A program made the position numbers and the translations under genes. A DNA stretch of 64,000 nt from an uncultured Syntrophomonadaceae bacterium (GTDB lineage Bacteria > Bacillota > Dethiobacteria > DTU022), in assembly GCA_964436815.1 (NCBI GenBank), contig CAYTER010000001.1:11630-75629 (forward strand), in the 5' to 3' direction. The notes under the pieces were generated by a model that was not told the DNA's origin, made no database searches, and saw nothing but the letters and a program-made list of their open reading frames with translations. Shown piece after piece: positions 58,026 through 64,000 of this stretch. Each line of letters opens with the position of its first letter. The stretch's first letter is position 1.

Positions 58026-58704
58026 ATCGGTGATGATCAGGGATTTGCCGCTCGAAGAAAGACCGCGTGAGAAATTAATGGCCCTGGGCGCCGGAGCGCT
58101 TTCCAATGCCGAATTGCTCGCTATCCTGATCCGAACTGGAAACCGCAGCGAATCGGCAGTGCAGATTGCGACAAAAATTATATCCAGGGGTGGAGGACTG
58201 CGCAGCCTTCCCGATCTATCACTTGAAGATCTTCAGGAAAACAAGGGTATCGGACCCGACAAGGCGGTAACCATTAAAGCGGCTTTGGAACTCGGATGCC
58301 GCCTGGCTACAGCGCCCAGGGAAGCTGGAGGGAGCATTTCCAATCCGCGCCAGGCCGCGGAACTATTTATGGAAGAACTGCGTTATAAGAAAAAAGAATA
58401 TTTTAAGATCCTTTTGCTTAATACCAAGAATAATGTCATTTCGAAAGAGGAAATATCCGTCGGCAGCCTGAGCGCATCGATTGTCCATCCCCGTGAAATA
58501 TTTAATCTGCCCCTGCGTAAAAGTGCCGCATCGGTGATTCTCTGCCATAACCACCCCAGCGGAGATCCCTCACCCAGCCAGGAGGATCTGGCGGTGACAA
58601 GGCGCCTGGTTGACGCGGGCAATATCCTGGGGATTAGCGTTCGCGATCATATCATCATTGGCGATGGCTGTTTTTTTAGTTTCCGGGAAAAAGGGCTCAT
58701 TTAG
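58015..58704 (+). CDS. radC: RadC-family JAB-domain protein
   Basis: HhH N-terminus and JAMM motif HNHPSGDPSPS. Confidence 0.85.
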   Translation: MQNESVMIRDLPLEERPREKLMALGAGALSNAELLAILIRTGNRSESAVQIATKIISRGGGLRSLPDLSLEDLQENKGIGPDKAVTIKAALELGCRLATAPREAGGSISNPRQAAELFMEELRYKKKEYFKILLLNTKNNVISKEEISVGSLSASIVHPREIFNLPLRKSAASVILCHNHPSGDPSPSQEDLAVTRRLVDAGNILGISVRDHIIIGDGCFFSFREKGLI

Positions 58705-58768
58705 GCAGGCCTTGTCAAAGCAGGAAATAGATGGTATTATAGAAAAAATTATTTTCAGGGAGAATGTA

Positions 58769-60556
58769 ATGACGATGGTTGAACCAGAGCTTGAGACCAT
58801 CTTGGATAAAGTGCAAAAACCAGGCCGTTATCTCGGCAATGAATGGAACAGCTGTCATAAGAACCATGATCAGGTTCGTTTGCGAATGGCGCTTGCTTTT
58901 CCCGACCTTTATGAGGTAGGGATGTCGAACCAGGGGATTAAAATCCTTTACGATTGCGTTAATCAAAATCCTGATCTGCTGATGGAACGCGTTTTTGCTC
59001 CTGCTGCCGATATGGAAGAACAGTTGCGCTCAGCGGGACTTCCGCTTTTTGCCCTGGAAAGCGGAAAAGCGCTTGGTGAATTTGATCTGATCGGGTTTTC
59101 GCTCCAATATGAACTCAGCTATACGAATGTCCTGAACATGCTTGATCTGGCCGCAATCCCCATCCGCAGTGAAAATCGCGCCGACGAGTATCCTTTAATT
59201 ATCGGAGGGGGCCCCTGTACTTTTAACCCTGAACCGCTCGCTAGTTTTTTTGATCTCTTCATGCTTGGCGAAACTGAGGAAGCGCTGCCTCCCTTGCTCC
59301 TGGAAATTGCGGATCTGAAAGAAAAAGGCTGCCCCAAAAATGAGATTCTGTTAAAACTGGCAGCAAAGAGAGGGGTTTATATCCCCGGTTTTTACAAACC
59401 TCTTTACCGTGAAGGAATTTATCAGGGGCTGCAGAAAGTGGAAGAGCGGGCTCCGAATCTAATCGGGAAAAATTTAGTGACAAATTTAGATAGCGCGCCA
59501 TACCCGACAGCTCCGGTGGTGCCTTATATTCAGACTGCGCATGATCGGGCGGTGGTGGAAATTTTTCGCGGTTGTGCCAGAGGCTGTCGATTTTGCCAGG
59601 CTGGTTATATATTTAAGCCTGTTCGCCGCCGCAGTGCCGCTAAAATTGTCGAAACGGCCAGGGAGCTGATTGCTTGCACCGGCTACGATGAGCTATCGCT
59701 TTCATCACTGAGCAGCAGTGATTACCCCGGGGTTGATGAACTAATTAACCGTGTTGATGAAGCGCTGACCGGTCAGACTGTCCGCTGCAGTTTACCCTCG
59801 CTGCGGCTTGATTCTTATTCTGTTACCTTAGCCGACAAACTGCACCAGGGCCGGCGCAGTTCGCTGACTTTTGCTCCGGAGGCAGCAACTGAGAGATTAA
59901 GAAAGGTAATTGGTAAAAGAATCAGCGAGAGTGATATTTACACTGCTCTCGATGACGCTGTCCAGGCGGGTTGGCAGGGATTCAAATTATATTTTATGAT
60001 TGGCCTGCCGACAGAAGAGGACGTTGATGCAGCAGCAATTGCCGAACTGTGCCGCAACCTGCGGCAGCATTTCCGCCGGCAGGGCAGGCACAACATTAAA
60101 TTTTCGGTCAGCGTGGCAACTTTTGTGCCCAAAGCCCACAGTCCCTTTCAGTGGGAGCCGCAACTACCCTTGGCCGATGTGATCAGGAGACAGCAGCTGC
60201 TGATTGAGAGTTTTAAAAAAATGCCCTGGGTTGATTTCAGCTGGCATGACGCGGAAACCAGTTTACTTGAAGCAGTTTTTGCCCGCGGAGACCGACGCCT
60301 CGCCTCCCTGCTGGAAAAGGCCTGGCGCCTGGGCTGCAAGTTCGATGGCTGGTCAGAGTCTTTTTCTTACCAAAGATGGCAGCAGGCATTCAGCGCTCTG
60401 AACATTAATCCGGCTGACTATGCCAACCGTAGTTTCAGCTATGATCAGCCTCTGCCCTGGGACCACCTGGACTGCGGTGTCAGTAAAGAAGAGTTAATCG
60501 AAGAACACCGGTTGGCTTTCAACCATCGTCCTGTTGAAGGATGTGAAGGACTATAA
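58769..60556 (+). CDS. Radical SAM protein, TIGR03960 family
   Basis: CARGCRFC (Cx3Cx2C) motif and family-typical N-terminus (KPGRYLGNEWN). Start taken at ATG 58769. The track ORF from 58610 overlaps radC. Confidence 0.7.
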   Translation: MTMVEPELETILDKVQKPGRYLGNEWNSCHKNHDQVRLRMALAFPDLYEVGMSNQGIKILYDCVNQNPDLLMERVFAPAADMEEQLRSAGLPLFALESGKALGEFDLIGFSLQYELSYTNVLNMLDLAAIPIRSENRADEYPLIIGGGPCTFNPEPLASFFDLFMLGETEEALPPLLLEIADLKEKGCPKNEILLKLAAKRGVYIPGFYKPLYREGIYQGLQKVEERAPNLIGKNLVTNLDSAPYPTAPVVPYIQTAHDRAVVEIFRGCARGCRFCQAGYIFKPVRRRSAAKIVETARELIACTGYDELSLSSLSSSDYPGVDELINRVDEALTGQTVRCSLPSLRLDSYSVTLADKLHQGRRSSLTFAPEAATERLRKVIGKRISESDIYTALDDAVQAGWQGFKLYFMIGLPTEEDVDAAAIAELCRNLRQHFRRQGRHNIKFSVSVATFVPKAHSPFQWEPQLPLADVIRRQQLLIESFKKMPWVDFSWHDAETSLLEAVFARGDRRLASLLEKAWRLGCKFDGWSESFSYQRWQQAFSALNINPADYANRSFSYDQPLPWDHLDCGVSKEELIEEHRLAFNHRPVEGCEGL

Positions 60557-60615
60557 GAATTATTTTCAGTTTTGCTCGTGGCAAGCCCCTGGCCTATATT
60601 TCACATCTTGATTTA

Positions 60616-61263
60616 ATGCGGCTGTTACAAAGAGCACTCCGCCGCAGTGGCCTGCCGCTTGCCTACAGTGCAGGTTTTAACCCCCGAATGCGTCTGAATC
60701 TTGCCTTGCCCCTGCCCCTTGGCGTAACTGCCGGCCGGGAGCTTGGAGAAGTGCATTTATCAGAGCAGATAGAACCGGCGGCGTTTATTACGGCCCTATC
60801 TCCACAGTTGCCGGAAGGATTGAAGCTCATTGATGCAGTTGAGTCGACCGAACAGGCGCCGCCGCTTGCCGCCCGGGTTACTGCTGCCCGTTACCGGGCA
60901 ATTTTAAAATCACGAACAGAATGCCCTGAGATCCAGGGTAAGATCGGAAAGGCGGTTGCTGATCTGCTAAAAGATGATGAAATTCTCTCGCCCAGAACCG
61001 ATAAGAAAAAACGAAAAATAAGTTATACAAATATCCGACCATATATTTTTGAATTAGATATTGCTGAAAACCATCAGGAAATAGTTCTGTCGATGCTGGT
61101 TAAAGCCGGAAGCGATGGCGGTGTATCGCCGTCTTTTTTACTGCAGAAGATTGAAGAAAAAATATTGGATTCCTCCGGCAGCCCATTTCACTGGAGCATA
61201 GAGCGCGATCAGCTTTATACTTCAGGCGAAGGTGCTTTCAAGCCGTTTATTGAAGGAGTGTGA
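60616..61263 (+). CDS. TIGR03936 / DUF2344 radical-SAM-associated protein
   Basis: 215 aa. Conserved GFNPRMRL motif. Canonical partner of TIGR03960, found upstream of rng. Confidence 0.65.
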   Translation: MRLLQRALRRSGLPLAYSAGFNPRMRLNLALPLPLGVTAGRELGEVHLSEQIEPAAFITALSPQLPEGLKLIDAVESTEQAPPLAARVTAARYRAILKSRTECPEIQGKIGKAVADLLKDDEILSPRTDKKKRKISYTNIRPYIFELDIAENHQEIVLSMLVKAGSDGGVSPSFLLQKIEEKILDSSGSPFHWSIERDQLYTSGEGAFKPFIEGV

Positions 61264-61270
61264 CAGTTTA

Positions 61271-62953
61271 TTGGATAAAAAAATTATTGTCAATTGCGAT
61301 AACCGGGCAACCCGTGTTGCTCTGCTTGAAAAAGGAAAACTGGTTGAACTCGATATCGAAAGGCCCCTGCAATTCAGGGTTGTTGGCAACCTCTACAAGG
61401 GTACCGTAGCTAATGTGCTTCCCGGAATGCAGGCTGCCTTTATTGATATTGGGCTGGGCAAAAATGCTTTTCTCTATGTGGATGATGTAACCCCTGAATG
61501 GGATGAAGAATCACCTCCACCGTCCCGTAATGCAATTGAAAAACTGCTGCATGTCGGCGAAGAGATCATGGTCCAGGTGATCAAGGAGCCGTATGGCAGC
61601 AAGGGGGCGCGAGTCACCGGTCAGATTACGATTCCCGGTCGTTACCTGGTGCTGGTGCCGGGCGCCGATTACATCGGGGTATCAAAGCGGATCGAGAGCC
61701 AGGCGGAACGTGACCGCTTACGCCGCGAGGTGGAAAAGCTTAAACCTGATCAGGTTGGTCTGATCATCCGCACAGTTGCTGAAGGGGTTGAAGCCGATGT
61801 TATGGCCCAGGACCTCCAGTTTTTGGTCCAACTCTGGAATCGCATTATTACCCGGTTTCAACAGAAACCGGCTCCGGCAATTTTGTACCAGGATCTCTCC
61901 CTGACCTGCCGTATCGCCCGCGATCTTTTTGTTGAAGAATTCAGCAGCTTTTTAATCGATGATGAACACGAATATGACAAGGTCCGGGAGATAGTTGATT
62001 ACATATCTCCCCACCTGAAGAGCAAGGTAAAGCTCTACCAGGAAGACGAACCGATTTTTGAGCGTTACGGTATCGAAAAAGAGATCGAAAAAGCTTTAGC
62101 CCGCCAGGTCTGGTTAAAAAACGGCGGTTATATTGTTTTTGATGAAACAGAGGCTTTAACGGTCATTGATGTTAACACCGGCCGTTACATCGGGCGGCGC
62201 AACTTAGCTGACACGATCCTGAAGACCAATTTGGAAGCGGCTGAAGAGGTTGCCCGCCAGGTACGCCTTCGTGATATCGGCGGAATTATTATTGTCGATT
62301 TTATCGACATGAGTATCGAAGATCACCGGCGTAAAGTAATTGACAAGCTGAATAACTCGATTAAAAACGACCGGACAAAAACCTATGTCCTGGGCTTAAC
62401 CAATCTGGGTCTGGTTGAAATGACCCGCAAGAAAGTGCGGCAGGACCTTTCTGAATACCTGCAGCAACCCTGTCCTTACTGCGGCGGATCAGGACGGGTT
62501 CTTACCCCGCTGGTGATCAGCACCCGCATTGAGAGCGACTTGAAGCGGGAGCTGCAGGAGGAAAGAAGCAGGGCTGTGCTGGTGGAAATGCACCACGAAG
62601 TTGCGGCGATCATTATCGGCTCAGGCGGCGGTAACCTGAAAAAGCTTGAGGATGAGTTGGGCCGGCACATTTTTATCCGGGGCACCGAAGATATTCATAT
62701 TGAGCAATATCGCATAGTGGCCAGGGGCAGTCATAAGGAGATCCAGGCTCTGGCCTTACCGGTTAAAGCCGGGGAGAAAATTGAAGTGATCATTGAAGAG
62801 CCCCATGCCTCCAGTCCCACTCACGGCATAGCCCGCATCCAGGGCTTTGTAATTAATGTTGAGGGTGCCGGGGAAAAAGTGGGGCAGAAGATAAAAGTCC
62901 AGATTAAAGAAGTAAACCGTACTTATGCCCGGGCAGTAATGAGCAAAAAATAA
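61271..62953 (+). CDS. rng: Rne/Rng-family ribonuclease (RNase G-like)
   Basis: S1 domain (FRVVGNLYKGTV), DNase-I-like and RNase H-like catalytic regions, and a Zn-link CPYCGG. TTG 61271 is preferred over the overlapping ATG 61232. Confidence 0.8.
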   Translation: MDKKIIVNCDNRATRVALLEKGKLVELDIERPLQFRVVGNLYKGTVANVLPGMQAAFIDIGLGKNAFLYVDDVTPEWDEESPPPSRNAIEKLLHVGEEIMVQVIKEPYGSKGARVTGQITIPGRYLVLVPGADYIGVSKRIESQAERDRLRREVEKLKPDQVGLIIRTVAEGVEADVMAQDLQFLVQLWNRIITRFQQKPAPAILYQDLSLTCRIARDLFVEEFSSFLIDDEHEYDKVREIVDYISPHLKSKVKLYQEDEPIFERYGIEKEIEKALARQVWLKNGGYIVFDETEALTVIDVNTGRYIGRRNLADTILKTNLEAAEEVARQVRLRDIGGIIIVDFIDMSIEDHRRKVIDKLNNSIKNDRTKTYVLGLTNLGLVEMTRKKVRQDLSEYLQQPCPYCGGSGRVLTPLVISTRIESDLKRELQEERSRAVLVEMHHEVAAIIIGSGGGNLKKLEDELGRHIFIRGTEDIHIEQYRIVARGSHKEIQALALPVKAGEKIEVIIEEPHASSPTHGIARIQGFVINVEGAGEKVGQKIKVQIKEVNRTYARAVMSKK

Positions 62954-62972
62954 GCGAAGGCTGGTATAACGT

Positions 62973-63956
62973 TTGACCTTACTCCTCGTGCTGGTGGCGA
63001 TAACTCCGCCTATTGCCTTTTTATCATATATATTGCGCCATGACCGGGCGGAGCCGGAGCCGACCCGGATGGTTTTAAAAATCATGGTGCTCGGAGCGGT
63101 ATCAATCATCCCGGCGGCTTTAATCCAGATTGCCCTGCTCGATCTGCCCTTTTTTTTAAAAAGTGGTATCATTGGAGCCGCGCGGGAGTCTTTTCTGGTG
63201 GTTGCACCGAGCGAAGAACTGGTCAAACTCCTGGTAGTGCTCTTATTCGCCTGGAGAAATCACAATTTTAATGAAAAATTTGATGGCGTGATTTATACCG
63301 GAGCTGCGGCAATCGGTTTTGCCGCTGCTGAAAACATATTATATGTTTTAGATCTTGGCCTGACGGTCGGGATTTTAAGAGCAGTGACCTCAATTCCCGG
63401 GCATACTTTTACCGGAGTACTGATGGGCTATTTTGTCGGAAGGGCAAAGTTTTCTGAAACCAGAGCGGAACGAAATGGCAACCTGATCAAGGGTTTCCTG
63501 GTCGCCTTCAGTTTACATGCCCTTTATAACACTTTCGTATTATCTGAGACCGCTGCGGCGCTGTTGATGGTGCCCCTGGTAATTTTCTATTTTGTGATCG
63601 GTACCCGAATTCTTAAACAGGGCAGCGCTGAATCAGCCCTTCATTGGGAATCGGGGGTCTATCGGCCCCTTCAGCAGGGTGAAGCCGGACAGGTGGTGCA
63701 AAGTGTTCCCCAGGGAGGTCATGCCGATGAACCTGAAGCCCGCTCCTGGATTTTCTTAAGAGCGGTGGTTGCCCGCATTATTTTTGGATTATGCGCTATT
63801 CTCTGGATCCTGCTCTTTCTGGCGATCGCCGAAGAGGGATTTAATGTTCAGGAAATACAGGAGATTTTGTCCGGCGGGTTGCTGATCACCGCAGTTCCAT
63901 TGACCATTGCGGTCTTGCTTGAAAGATCATATCGCCGAAAGAGCTTAGCTCAATAG
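62973..63956 (+). CDS. PrsW-family intramembrane glutamic-type metalloprotease
   Basis: 327 aa with multiple TM helices. Conserved EExxK (EELVK), FxxxE (FAAAEN) and HxxxG (HTFTG) motifs. Confidence 0.7.
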   Translation: MTLLLVLVAITPPIAFLSYILRHDRAEPEPTRMVLKIMVLGAVSIIPAALIQIALLDLPFFLKSGIIGAARESFLVVAPSEELVKLLVVLLFAWRNHNFNEKFDGVIYTGAAAIGFAAAENILYVLDLGLTVGILRAVTSIPGHTFTGVLMGYFVGRAKFSETRAERNGNLIKGFLVAFSLHALYNTFVLSETAAALLMVPLVIFYFVIGTRILKQGSAESALHWESGVYRPLQQGEAGQVVQSVPQGGHADEPEARSWIFLRAVVARIIFGLCAILWILLFLAIAEEGFNVQEIQEILSGGLLITAVPLTIAVLLERSYRRKSLAQ

Positions 63957-64000
63957 ATTACCGCTATGATCATGCTCTGTTTCCCACGAACATGGTCAGA

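Noticed and set aside
1-64000. CRISPR arrays, transposases/IS elements, integrases, toxin-antitoxin or phage-defence gene pairs
   Set aside because: I found no direct-repeat/spacer arrays, DDE or tyrosine-recombinase-like ORFs, or small paired ORFs of that type. The window is core chromosome throughout.

Overview
This is a 64-kb chromosomal window from a Gram-positive anaerobe, most likely Clostridia-like, at roughly 50% GC. Almost all of it is densely packed housekeeping genes, and I found no mobile elements or CRISPR. Gene order, left to right:

- An amidase/peptidase trio (C45, M20, MBL), then glpK, DUF502 and DUF192 genes.
- A tRNA-His/tRNA-Gln pair on the minus strand.
- A LiaF-like gene convergent with a divergent MurE-like Mur ligase.
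- A stand-alone ferredoxin and a 450-nt AT-rich non-coding stretch containing a 25-codon ORF that is only a lipoprotein signal peptide.
- An M24 peptidase and a fadR–fadN–fadA beta-oxidation operon with a recognisable FadR box.
- tig–clpP–clpX–lon–engB.
- An orphan HgdC-type CoA activase.
- birA–bioY with a perfect BirA operator.
- A sigma-54 enhancer-binding protein in front of a -24/-12 promoter driving aminotransferase – tungsten aldehyde:ferredoxin oxidoreductase – glutamate dehydrogenase.
- A four-subunit 2-oxoacid:ferredoxin oxidoreductase and a GlnK/GlnL-like two-component pair.
- pgi, valS, folC.

The stand-out region is 42.4–57.4 kb. A complete rnfCDGEAB operon ends in a terminator and is followed directly by a nine-gene Mbh-style Mrp antiporter module. 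That module has three large NuoL/M/N-like subunits, a split MrpB and no hydrogenase or NuoBDHI subunits, and it is followed by apbE and a Gx-transporter gene. Within it, RnfG carries two FMN-binding motifs, one MnhB-domain gene has no canonical start codon, and the last antiporter subunit has a repeat-built C-terminal lateral helix.

The window ends with maf–radC, the split radical-SAM pair TIGR03960/TIGR03936, rng and a PrsW-family protease.
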